NCBI RefSeq assembly: GCF_006345805.1
Contig: NC_043019.1
Span: 29,759,360 to 29,823,359, forward strand
Reading direction: 5' to 3'
Source: Octopus sinensis
Lineage: Eukaryota
DNA: 64,000 bases
Shown here: piece after piece, positions 26,201-40,274 of the stretch
How positions within the stretch are numbered: the stretch's first letter is position 1
Layout of the letters: every line of letters begins with the position of its first letter
Position numbers and translations under genes: made by a program
The notes under the pieces: generated by a model
The model's input: only the letters and a program-made list of their open reading frames with translations
Told to the model about the DNA's origin: nothing
Databases searched by the model: none

Positions 26201-29200
26201 GGCGGAATTTGAACTCAGAACGTAACGGCAGACGAAATACTGCTAAGCATTTCGCCCAGCGTGCTAATGTTTCTGCCAGCATGCCACCTTTGAGCTGATA
26301 TTGTTATTGGAAACTGAAAGATGCTCATCATATATGTATATATATGTGTATATATGTGTGTGAGTGTGTGCATACATACATGCACAGTTGTGCATGAGTG
26401 CGTAATGTGTGTGTTTGTGTCCATTTGCTGTGACATTGCATGCTTGTTGTAATGTGAGTTTCTTCATCATACAAGCAGTGTTGTTCATTTCTAATCTTCC
26501 ATGTAAACATGTCCAAACCATGGGATGATATTGCCTTGCTTGGAAACAACTGAAGTTTGATGTCAGAATTGGCATCTGGCTGTAGAAAATCTGCCTCAAT
26601 GAATTCTGTCTGACACATGCAAGTATGAAAAAGTGGAGGTTAAATTAGTGATTATAGTTTTGGAGTTGTACATGTTTTTGTTGGACTTAAAATAATATTA
26701 TATTGTGGATGAGTTACAAGATTCACTTAACCCTTTAGTGTTCAGATTACTCTGTTAAATGTAATACTTTTTCACTCAAATTGTTTTGAATTACTCATGC
26801 ATTATCTTACAGCTTTGAGGTTTCAATGATGTGATTGCTTATTTTTAGGTTAGGTGTGAGAGGTTAGATATGGCTAATTCAAATATAGAACAAGTAAAAT
26901 ATCTGGGCCAGATGTGGTCAGTTTAAACACTAAAGGGTTAAAATACTGCAGGGAATTTTTTATAGTGATCAGGTTATAAATGTATAGCAAATTATTTTGA
27001 TATTTTATAATGTGTGTCAGTGTGTCTCTGTAATATATGTAATTTTGTCATAAAGTTAAGCAAAAGAGAATGTACAACACTTAACTATGTGTGGCCTAGT
27101 GGTTAGGGTGTTGCACTCACAATCTTGTGATTGAGGTTTCGATCCCTAGATTATGTGGTGCGTTGTGTTCTTGAGGAAGAGACTTCAGTTCATGTTGTTC
27201 CAGTCCTCTCAGCTGTAAATGAGTAACCATACAATGGACTGGCATTAGATTCAGAGGAAATGTTTACCTTGGCTACAGGGTGGCATCATTTGAAGGCTAC
27301 AACCTTGCAAGGAAGCACATTGTGATCAACGATGTATAACAACATCCAGTAGCCTAGTTGATACTGTGATACAGTGAAGTATATTTTAAACAGATATAGA
27401 TTTTGTGATTCTCTCTTTGATTCATCATCATCATCGTTTAACGTCCGTTTTCCGTGCTAGCACGGGTTGGACGGTTCGACCGGGGTCTGGGAAGCCAGGA
27501 GGCTGCACCAGGCTCCAGTCTGATCTGGCAGTGTTTCTACAGCTGGATGCCCTTCCTAACACCAACCACTCTGTGAGTGTAGTGGGTGCTTTTTACGTGC
27601 CACTGGCACAGGTGCCAGACGAGGCTGGCAACGGCCATGATCGGATTGGTGCTTTTTACGTGCCACCGGCACGGAAGCTAGTCAAGGTGGCGCTGGCATA
27701 AGCATATTTTAAACAGATATAGATTTTGTGATTCTCTCTTTGATTCAGTTTATTATTTGTAATTGTTAGATTTTTTTGTTCTTAATTTCATGTAATCTGA
27801 TTAGATATTAACATTTATTGTGTATCATTTGTTTTTTACAGCAACTGGTAGCTTTTGTTAAAAAGCGAGACAAGCGAGTAAAAGCTCATAAGGTAAGAGA
27901 CACGAACCTGTTAGAATTGGTTCATCATCATCATCATCATCATTTAACATCCGCTTTCCATGCTAGCATGGGTTGGATGGTTCAACTGGGGTCTGGGAAG
28001 CCAGAAGGCTGCGCCAGGCCCAGTCTGATCTGGCAGTGTTTCTACAGCTGGATGCCCTTCCTAACACCAACCACTCCGTGAGTGTAGTGGGTGCTTTTAT
28101 GTGCCACCTGCACAGGTGCCAGATGAGGCTGGCAAACGGCCATGATTGGATGGTGCTTTTTACGTGCCACTGGCATGGAGGCCAGTCGGGGCGGCGCTGG
28201 CAACGGCCACGTTTGGATGGTTCTCTTACATGTGGGCACTGGTCATTTAATTACAAATATTAATTAAAGTACTTGCTATTGTTTTAATTAAATTTTTTGG
28301 CATTACCATGTACATGTGAAGTTTCTGTGTTCAGTCACAGATGTCTTACTACACGTTACTTGGGCAGCAGTATTCTACCATAACCTGAGGCTGACCAAAG
28401 CTTATACCGTAAATCCTCGAATATAATCTGCATTTTTTCCCCAAAATTTAAAGGTCAAAATCCCTAGTGTGTACTGTATACGACGTTAAAAATGAAAATT
28501 ATTTTCTATGCAATGCTGTCTGGCAATGTTTATTCAGACGCATTTTGTGATGTCGGGCGCAAAAATACCTTAAGCTAAGCCTGAAAGCAATGAAGTCATA
28601 AAATGATCATCCATAACTTGCAGTAAGCAACATTTATTAAATGTTATTACTGTTATTTCTTTATTCTCTGCAAACAAAATGCACAAAAAAGCTACACGTT
28701 TGCATTATGTTATATATATATCCAATAATAATAAAGGACATTACCATATACATTTTTACAAACCAAGGACGTTATATAGACCTCCTTGACTCAAGTTAGA
28801 GAAGGGGTGCGTATTATACACAAGGTTTAGGTTTTTCAGAGGTACAGCCCCCTAAAAATCCCCTGCGTATTATACTCAAGGGCAGCCTATACTTGAGGAT
28901 TTATAGTAATTGAAATTTTGCAGACAGAAGCTTTGCAGAAGCCTAACAGATATATAAGGGTGTGTATGTGTGTATTAATGTGGAATGGATAGAATTGGTG
29001 CATTGAACAAATAATGCATTTGGTGGTGGAAGGGAATATACAACACAATTTCAAAAATTGCTTTTATTTTTCATCTTAAATGTATATTTGATATCTCAGC
29101 TTTATCTATGCCAAACAAATGTTGCTTAATTCGCATTCTATCACATTGAAATCTAAGTTGGAGGGCCAAATTAAACAAGCAAGCAATGGATACAGGATTC

Positions 29201-31779
29201 CAAGCATTGTGGAGACGAATAGCTACCTAAATCAAATCTATAAACTAGTTATAAGTTGGTTTCAAATTTTGGCACAAGGCCAGTAATTTCAGAGGAAGGG
29301 ATCAGTTGAATTCATCAACCTCGGAACTCAATTGCTACTTATTTCATCGAATGAAAGGTAAAGTTGACCTTGATGGAATTTGAACTCTGAACGTAAAGAC
29401 ATGAAACACTGCTAAATATTTTGCCCAGTGTGCTAACAATTCTGCCAGCTTACCACCTTAAGCTAGCTATAAATCAAAGATAAAATTTTTTAAAATTCCA
29501 ATTGTATTCTTGTTCCAATAAATCAGCACCTATTCAAATTTGTATATAATTCACTCACTCATAAAAAATATGGAGCTAAAACATCAATATTCTTTGGAAA
29601 ACTTTAAATGGCTTTTGTGGCAAATTTGTAAACTTTTGAATATTTCCTTATAATACCATGTAGTATTTAGATATAGCTGAGTTATCTTCCTTACACCAAA
29701 CAGATGTTTTCGTTTTAAGTCTATTTTTTCCATGCTAGCATGTGTTAGGGGAGTAGATTTTTATGAGGTATTTTTTTATAACTGGATGCTCTTCTTATTG
29801 TTAGCACTTAGCTAACACTTACCTGTCTTTGAAATAAGACATTTTTCATGAAGAAGCAAAGCTATTGAATGATCTGATGACAAGGAGGATCAACAAACCA
29901 CGCTGTTTGTAGCTCAGTGTTTTCATGCAAAATGCAGAATGTAAATATTCAGAGACCCCCCACACACACACATATATATATAATATATACATATATGTGT
30001 TTGTGTGTATAAAAATATATGGCAGACTTCCATACAGTTTCTATCTACCAATTTCGCTTACAAGGCATTTGTCAGTTCAAGGCTTCAGTAGAAAATACTT
30101 ACCCGTGGCACAGAGAAGTGACATAGAACTTGAGATCACATGTTAACAAAGTAGACTATATCCGCACAGCCAAACTGGATTAGAACAAGGAACCTTTACC
30201 TCTAAATTAAGAATCATTATCATAAATTGTCTTAATTAAGAATCATTATCTAAATTAAGAACCATTATCATTAATATTGGTGATGACTGTTCATATGTCT
30301 AACAAAAATCCTAATATCATATACTCTTTACTCTTTTACTTGTTTCAGTCATTTGACTGCGGCCATGCTGGAGCACCGCCCTTAGTCGAGCATATCGACC
30401 CCAGGACTTATTCTTTGTAAGCCTAGTACTTATACTATCGGTCTCTTTTGCCGAACCGCTAAGTTACAGGGACGTTAACACACCAGCATCGGTTGTCAAG
30501 CGATGTTAGGGAGACAAACACAGACACACAAATGCACATACACACGCATACATATATACACATATATACGACGGGCTTCTTTCAATTTCCGTCTACCAAA
30601 TCCACTCACAAGGCTTTGGTCGGCCCGAGGCTATAGTAGAAGACACTTGCCCAAGGTGCCACGCAGTGGGACTGAACCCGGAACCATGTCGTTCGTAAGC
30701 AAGCTACTTACCACACAGCCACTCCTATGCCTTAATTAACATGTTTTTTAATTGTTCAGAATATCTGGCCATAATATATTAGCTTTTGAACTAACTAGGC
30801 TTCTAACTAATTCTCTTTTTTTTTTTTACTAGAATTTAGGCAGATAGATGATTATGGTAGGTTTTATTCTATTAAACTTTACATTCACTTTAAGTTTTAT
30901 TTCTCATTTTCAGGAAGAATTGGAAAGAAGGGCTCTTGAATTGGCTCAGAAAAGTGAAGAAATGCGTAAGAAACAAGTACGAGAAAGATTGAAGTAAATA
31001 TCTCTTCGTTTAAATATCTTTCTTAGCAGCAAAAAATTCTCCTGTCGGAAGTTTTCTCCTATCCCATGTTTTAATTACTTGTAGGGACATCGTATTTTGT
31101 TGTGCAACCATATTATGCTACAAAGTATATTAAACACTTTATAAGTCAATATTGTATCTTACCATGTTAGCAGTGCTATTAAATCATATGTTAACGTTGT
31201 CTCTACAGGTTTTCTGTAGAAATTAGAGTCAACATTGATTTGTTATGACATTTCATATCTCAATATGTCTAATGTATCATTGTTTACATTAGATGTATTC
31301 AGATATGAAACGTTGTAACAAATTGGTGCTGAGTATACTTTCTATAGAAAGTCTGTAGGGATAACCTTAATATGTCATATCCTATGTTTATAAATGCATA
31401 TGTATATATCATCATCATTGTTTAATGTCCACTTTCCATGCTTGCATGGGTTGGACGATTTGACTGAGGACTGGTGAACCAGATGGCTGCACCAGGCTCC
31501 AATCTGATCTGGCAGAGTTTCTACAGCTGGATGCCCTTCCTAACGCCAACCACTCCGAGAGTGTAGTGGGTGCTTTTACGTGCCACCAGCATGGAAGCCA
31601 GTTAGCTGCTCTGGCAACGATCATGCTCAGATGGTGCTCTTAGCGCTCCACTAGCACGGATGCCAGTCATCAAATTTGATTTTGATTTCACTTGCCTCAA
31701 CATCTTCGCAAGCAGAGTTTAGTGTCCAATGAAGGAAAGGTACGCATAAGTGGGCTGGTTACACCCCTGGCATAGGCCA

Positions 31780-31812
<33 letters not shown>

Positions 31813-34800
31813 ATTCTATCGTTTTCTAGGCACATGGCTCAGTGGTTAGTGTTGGGCTCACAATCATGAGATAGTGAGTTTGATTCCTGGACTGGGCTGT
31901 ATGTTGTGTTCTTGAGCAAGATACTATATTTTACATGTTGCTCCAGTTCACTCAGCTGTAGAAATGAGTTGCAACATAACTGGTACCAAGTTGTATCAGC
32001 CTTTGCCTTTCCCTTGGATAACATCGGTGGCATGAAGAGGAGAGGCTGGTATGCATGGGCGACTACTGGTCTTCCATAAACAACCTTGCCTGGACTTCAG
32101 AGGGTAACTTTCTAGGTGCAATCCCATAGTCATTCATGACCAAAAGGGGTCTTTTACTATCTCTTTGTATATCATCATCATTAAAGTGGAGGTGCATGGC
32201 TTAATGGTTAGGGTGTAGGATTCATGATTGTAAGCTTGTGACTTTTGATTCCTGGACTGGAATGTGCACTGTGTCCTTGAGAAAAATGCTTCATTTCATA
32301 TTGCTCCAGTCCATTCAGCTGGTAAAAAGGAGTAATCTTGTGACGGACTGGCATCATGTCCTAGAAGGAATGTGTATATACTCTTTACTCTTTTACTTGT
32401 TTCGGTCATTTGACTGTGGCCATGCTGGAGCACCACCTTTAATTGAACAACTCGACCCCGGGACTTATTCTTTGTAAGCCCAGTACTTATTCTCTCGATC
32501 TCTTTTGCCGAACCGCTAAGTGACGGGGACATGAACACACCAGCATCGGTTGTCAAGCAATGCTAGGGTGACAAACACAGACACACATACATACACAAAC
32601 ATATATATATATACATATATACGATGGGCTTCTTTCAGTTTCCATCTCCCAAATCCACTCACAAGGCTTTGGTCGGCCCGAGGCTATAGTAGCAGACACT
32701 TGCCCAAGGTGCCATGCAGTGGGACTGAACCCAGAACTTTGTGGTTGGTAAACAAGCTACTTACCACACAGCCACTCCTGCGTCTACATATGCCAGAGAA
32801 ACTAGAAAATCAGCCCTGTGCTCCTTATGGAGTAATGTGAACTAACCATCATCATTTTAACATCCACTTTTCCATGCTTGCATGTGTTGGATGGAATTTG
32901 TTGAGGTAGATTTTTTTCCCCAGCTCACCTGTTTCCAAGTATGGTAAAATTTCCACATGGCCAGGCATGTTGTCTGGGAAGACTGGAAAATAAAGACACT
33001 GCTTGAATGTTGATGAAAGACATTTCCTAGCATCACTTAAAATAAAAATATTTTTTTTTGCAGATTGTTATTGTGTTATTGCTTACATGTTTCTGCATAA
33101 ATACGAACCATCCTTTGTCTCTGTATTGTTCTAAATGATTTTGTGACCCTTGTCGCCAATAAAGAAAGAATTAATAAAAGGCAGTGGATTGGTAGTCATT
33201 AAGGTTCTTTACAATCTGAGTTCAAATCTTGCATCAGTAAACTTTGCCTTTTGTTCTTTCAAGGGTCAATAGAATAAAGAAACACCCAAGTTTTGGGATC
33301 AGTATAATCGACAATTTGCTTCTTAGTTAAAAATAATCATTGTTATTAAATATATTCATAATATTTTTATATACCTTGCTTTTTGTTTCTTCAGATTGCT
33401 CGAAAATTATCAAGAGCCAGAGTGGAGTGCCACGTCGAAGGTAGAGAAAGAAATTAAAGAATTAGAATCACTTCACCAGAAAGAGTTTGGTGATAAATTT
33501 TCCGAAGGTGATTTAAGTTTAATTATTATTACAAAGAAAGAAACAAAAAGAAGATACAGAGAAAGATTATTAATTTCTGTAACCTGTTTGTTGTTATTTA
33601 GTAATACTACTACTAATAATAATTATTGATGTCACAGTAATGTCCCAGCTGAAGCATCACAGGGGGGTGGGGGGTGGCGACCCCTGTTGTACTCTTTCAC
33701 TCCAACTTTCTCTCACTCTTTCTTCCTGTTTCTTGTCCCCGACTTCCTACACAACCGCTGAGCCTGGATGCGCATTCATCCATCCATCGATGCTCTCAGT
33801 GTTGGGGGTTGACCTGCTTTCTCTTCTGCAGGTCTTACGAATAGCAAAGACCTCGTTTCGGACTTCTCCCATCTTGCGAGCTCTGGGGCGAAGACAACAG
33901 CAGCTGAAGCATCAAAAAGTAAAACTTACTGTATTCAGTTTGGGTTTCCATCACTGTCCCCACTTGTGGCTAAGAATGTTGGGTAATAACTAACAGAATA
34001 GAATTACAAATACAAGCATCTGAAAAAAGGTTTCTCCTGAGGATCTCTGGGGTTATGCTACTTGACAGGATGCGTAGCTCAGAGGTCAAGAAATCTCTCC
34101 TGGTTGAGTCTCTACTTCTCTGCATTGAAAGGTCACAGCTCCGATACTACGGATGTGATTAAAATGTCACAGAAAGGAATTGCAAGAGAAAGTTTTCAAG
34201 CCAAGCCAACAAGTAGGAGACTTAGGGTTAGGCCAAGAATGAAATGGTTGGATAATGTCCATAAGCTCAGGAATCCAACCAGAAAGTTTAATGACTATTG
34301 CTCCTGATAGGACCAAACGGACACAGTGCCTGAGGACTCTACCATCATAACCTTCCTGAGAAGGCAATGGTGAGCTGAGAAAGTGGCTAGATTGATGGAG
34401 ATAAACCTCACCTGAGGTAACCATGTAGAGGATGTCAGCTATACCATTTAGTTGATGTCACTTGTGTTTTTTTCCCCCCCTTTTTTCTCTCCTAGTATAA
34501 CAATGCAACTCAGTTCAATGTTGTTGACTGTGTTTTACTTAAAGCTACAACTTTAGAATCTGCCAAGTGTAATCTCTCTTCAGTATTTCCCATTGATAAT
34601 GGCTAAAGAGCTAGAAATACTGCATCTGGAAATCTGATAGGGAACAGTACTGGACAGATATGGTGTTTTTACACCTTTTATCATCAGAGTTTTTTTCTTC
34701 CCATGGTAACTACTGTAAATTTGCCTTTAAATGTTGAAATACGTCAAACATTTTAATTTACCCAAAGTTCACTTATGCCTAAACACTGCTTGGTGCTTCC

Positions 34801-36965
34801 ATCTTCCTTTTCTCTTGGACTTTCCTCCATCTTCTGTCTCTGACGAAGAGCTTTCTTTGCTTGAAACGTAAAACTACCTTTCTTTCCTTCCCTGGGCATC
34901 TGCTAATACTTTGCATGTAACGTGACCTCACGTTGTTGTTTTTTTGGGGGGATTATATATACATATATATATATAGATATATGTGCGTGTGACAGGTTTC
35001 TTTCAGTTTCTGACTGCCTACCAAATCCACATACAAGCCTTTGGTTGACCCGAGGCTATAATAGTACCTATAGTAGAAAGAATTATCATCGTCGTCGTTG
35101 GTGGCGGCAGCGGCGCCCCGAGGTCAACTTTGCCTTTCATCCTTTCGAGGTCGATAAATTAAGTACCAGTTACGCACTGGGGTCGATGTAATTGACTTAA
35201 TCCGTTTGTCTGTCCTTGTTTGTCCCCCCTGTGTTTAGCTCCTTGTGGGTAGTAAAGAAATACATTATTATTATAATTACTTTGTTCATCTTGTACATGT
35301 GCTTGTGTATTCATCTTTATTTTATTCAATTCTAGAAAAATTGTAGCATGTCTTTGACAATTCTGGAGCATATTGAACTTATTTTATGCATACCTATGGC
35401 CCACCCTGTGTTGTACAAAATTGTATACACACACACACACACACACACATGTTTAACCCTTTAGCATTTAATTGACCATATCTGGCCCAAATATTCTATC
35501 TGTTTTATGTTGAAACTAGCCAGATCCAGCCTCTCACACCTGCTCTACAATGTCACTCTAGAAATAAATCACATCATCAAAATCTTGAAGCTACAAGATA
35601 ATGCATGATTATTCAATACAATGTAAATAAATAAACATTATATTTGACAGAAGCATCTGTATGTTAAAGGATTAATTTCTTTTTTTTCTTTTTTTCAGAT
35701 CTCTCCTCTGAAGAAGATCCAGATTACGCTGGTGACTTATTTTGTGTAGCATGCAATAAAGCTTTTAAAAGTGATAAGGCGTAAGTACATCAATTTTATG
35801 AACTAGAAATAACGAATGAATGAATGATCTGTTTGTCAAAACTAGTAATTTTGGCAATAAAAACAGTAAAATCAATATCTCTTTATATATAAACGGCAAC
35901 ACATTCAGGGGTAGAAAAAAAGGGCCTTAATGTTGATATTACTGTATATACTTGTGGATGTCAATTTTTTTTTCCACATAAATATGACATAATAACCAGC
36001 ATGTGACTTATCAGATGAACATACAAAAACTCAATATAAAATATGTGCTGCATTGTAAATAGTACATAAAATAATCCTTTTTAGAAATGGTGAATCTTGA
36101 AGCAGATAAAGCTATAAATAATAGCATGTAAATTTTGGGTTAAAAATCCCTTTGGATAGAAAATGTCAGAGGCTGCCTATGGGACTTGAACCCACATCAT
36201 CTGTAAACATGAGAGCTGTTCTACCATTGGACCAAAGTTGTCCTTCAAATTTCTGTATTTATTTTAGAAACTTGACTCTTATCAGCAAGAATTGTATGTT
36301 GTTGATATCATAATAACTTATAAACTTTGGGAATGGAAACATTTCTTTTAGGAGTGGTGAATCTAGAAGTAAATAAAAACTATAAGTAATAGTGTGTAAA
36401 TATTGGGCTTAAATCCCTTTGGATAAGAAAAAGTTGAAGGCTGCCCAAGAAACCCAAACTCACATCTATAAATATGACAAAAATAATTTCATGTTCTGAA
36501 ACTTTCTAAATTGTTGTGATGCAAGTCCATAAACCTTTTGTTTTTAGCTTCATACTGTAACAGCACATTTTAATTTTAATTTTTATGCGCCAATCAAAAT
36601 GTAATGATAATTTCTGAATCCTATAATTTGCTTTAGGTAGACAAATTTTTTGAATCTTTTATTCTCAAGACAGAAAAACCAATTAAATTTTGTTTGTATG
36701 CATTATTATTGCTCCATATTACAGAAGTAGAACAGACCACGTCATTGTGTTGTATATATATATATATATATATATATATACGATATATGTTCTCTCTAAT
36801 GTGTTGAATCTCACACTAAGTGGATTCCTTATGTGTATAAATATGCACTATATCGTATAACTAATATAGTCTTCTTGACTAATTTTTTGGCACGTTAGAC
36901 CACTGGAAATGTAAATTTTGATTGAATATTTTAAATTTAATTAAATTCCATTTCCCTTTGATATG

Positions 36966-37002
<37 letters not shown>

Positions 37003-40000
37003 CATATGTAATTTGTTCACCTTGATATGTATGCATCCACGCATGTTTTACACCAGAAAATATATTTAATATCAATTGAGATACAGAATAGATGGTTTAT
37101 ACACACCAGCATAGTCAGAGCATGATAATTATTTTGTTATTGTATATGATTAGGCCTTTAGCATTCAGATTACTCTGTCAAATGTAATGCTTATTAACTC
37201 ACTTTGTTTTCAATTAATCATGCATTATCGCATAGCTTTGAGAGCTCAATGATGTGATTGTATATTTCTGAATGACATTGTAGGGTAGGTGTGAGAGGTC
37301 AGATCTGGCCGGTTTGAACATAAAACAGGTTGAATGTTTGGGTTGTATGTGGCTGGTTTAAATGCTGAAGGGTCAAATAAATAAATAAACTAGAATCATT
37401 ACACATAAAGAATTAAGAATTCACTTAGATGGGTTTAATTTGTTAAGAGCTACAAAACAGATATGGTTTACATGTTTGATATGTTGTGATGAAAAATACA
37501 ATGTTTAGTTTTGAACATTTTGATAGAAATTTCATCCAAACGTATTATAAGCAGTATTAATTATTAATTAACACAGCCTGTGATATATATATATATGTAA
37601 GTCAAGTACTGAACCAAGAATGCTGTATGCAAAATTGGGGGGTAAACTATACATGAGTATATATGGTACATAACATCTGTCCTTTTCCCATTGAGAATAA
37701 TTATCATATGAAATGAACAGTCTTTGGTTATAGTCCATAATCTTTAGACTCTACAACCTTGTATACTTCCGTTAAACCAATGATTTTATTGCCTTGAAAA
37801 ATCAGCTTTTTTTTTTTTGCAACTTTATTATATTTGTTGTTCTTCCAATTTAAAAATATTTTTTTTTGCTTTTCAAACTTTTTTTTTTATTGCTGTGTGT
37901 TTTATCCTCCTTCCTTTGTTTTGTGTTGATCAATCAAAAAAAATCTATCGATCGGTAACCAGCAAGATTATTATTGTTTTTGTTGTAGGTTGGGTATTCT
38001 GGATATATGATAGGTGTTGTTCTTAATTGTTGTGTAGCCCTGATCAAGCAACTACAATAAAAGGTCTCTGTTCTCTTCCTTTGTATGTCTGGCACTACAT
38101 TGTCCAGAGTGTACTTCCTTTTTAAAGATGACAGTTGGGATTTGGCTGATATCTCTAGCAAACTGAATGACCATGTAGAGGCTTCTCCATTGGTTCATAT
38201 TTAAAAAAATATATATTCTGGTCGGGTGTATTGATAAATAAGGTTGAGGTTTTTACTTCAGTTGTGATCTGTTTGGTAGCAAAATCTCACATTTTCTTTG
38301 TCCACCAGTGAAATTTGTTATATTATATATATATAAAAAAAAAACAGAAATAAACAAAGCAAATGAGAACATTAAACTAATTTTAATAATATTAATAATA
38401 ATAATAACAGTAATATTATGTTACAATAGTATTTACATTATAATAACATAATATTAATATGATTGTCATTACATTAATTAATTAAAAGCATCTTTATTCT
38501 TCAGATTTGCCAATCATGAGAGGTCCAAAAAACACAAAGAGAACGTCATTTTACTGAAGCAAGAGATGGAGGAAGATGAGGCTGCAATGGTGAATAGTAT
38601 GACAGAGAAGAAGAATGATAGCTCAGAAGCCTTATCTGACATTCCAGTGGATGATGAGGATCTTGACTTAAACAGTGATGATATTGTGGAAGAAACCTCT
38701 GAAAGAAAACAGAAGTAAGTCTTAGACGAGTTCTTAATTGTTTAAAAAGGCCTTTCTACCAAACTGGGTGAGTTTCCCTGCAATGAAGTAAGCATATATT
38801 AAAAAAAACTTACAAAGGCCTTTCATAATTATAACAAATTTTGACCACTTTAATTAAAATCAACATAAAAAAATAATAAAATAACCAAAAATACATAAAA
38901 TAAAAAAGAAATAATGATTCCTTATATTCAATCTTGATATACCATAAATCCTCGAGTATAATATGCATTTTTCCCCCAAAATTTAAAGGTCAAAATCCCT
39001 AGTGCTTACTATATACAAGGTTAAAAATGGAACTGTCCAACCCTCAAGGGGCTACACACAGAGGGGACAAACAAGGACAGACAAACGGATTAAGTCAATT
39101 ATATCGACCTCAGTGCGTAACTGGTGCTTATTTAATCAACCCTGAAAGGATGAAAGGCAAAGTTGACCTTGGCGGAATTTGAACTCAGAACGTAACAGTA
39201 GACGAAATACCGCTAAGCATTTCACCCGGCGTGCTAACGTTTCTGCCAGCTCACCACTGTTTCCATCTATCAAATTATCCCCTCAAGTTACTATAATTAG
39301 AATAATGCTTTCAAATTTTGGCACAGGGCCAGCAGTTTTAGGGGAGAGGCTAAGTCAATGACATCAACTCCAGTACTCAACTGGTACTTATTTTATCAAT
39401 CCTGACAAGATGAAAGGCAAAGTCAGCCACGACAGAATTTGAACTCAGAACATAAAGATGAACAAGATGTCACTAAACATTTTGCCTGGTGTGCTAATGA
39501 TTCTGCCAGCTTGCTGCCTTTATAATAATAATAATTATAATAATAATCCTTTCTACTATAGGCACAAGGCCTGAAATTTTGGGGGAGGAGCATAATCAAT
39601 TACATTGATCTCCATGTTTCACTAGTACTTAATTTATTGACCCTGAAAGGATGAAAGAAAACTTGACCTTGGCAGAATAATCTCCTTATATTTTTTATAT
39701 ATTTGTATATATATATATATTTATGTATATTTGTCTAAATCATGTAGTAGGGAGTGAAGGGAGAGGAGAGAAAACAGTAATTCAGTGAAGGAGAAGTAGT
39801 GAGAGTAATGGCCATGACTGAGAGGGAGTGAGAGAAAGTAATAACAATGAGAGAGAGGAAGTGGCAAAGAGAGTATTGTGTATCTTCTACTATAATAATA
39901 CTCTTGTGTATTTCTCCGTCACAACATATGAATGAGAACGGAAAGGATGATCCACCTATGGAAGTGGGATGGTGAAAAGTCAACGGTGAAACAAAAATCA

Positions 40001-40023
40001 AACAGTGCTTCAACTTTGTGTGA

Positions 40024-40062
<39 letters not shown>

Positions 40063-40236
40063 TGTATGTTTACTGAGAAATATACATAGAAAATAGAATT
40101 ACACATATATATACATGTACATACACATATATATCATCATCATCGTTTAGCGTCCGCTTTCCGTGCTGGCATGGGTTGGATGGTGCAAGTGGGGTCTGGG
40201 AAGCCAGAAGGCTGCACCAGGCCCAATCTGATCTGG

Positions 40237-40274
<38 letters not shown>

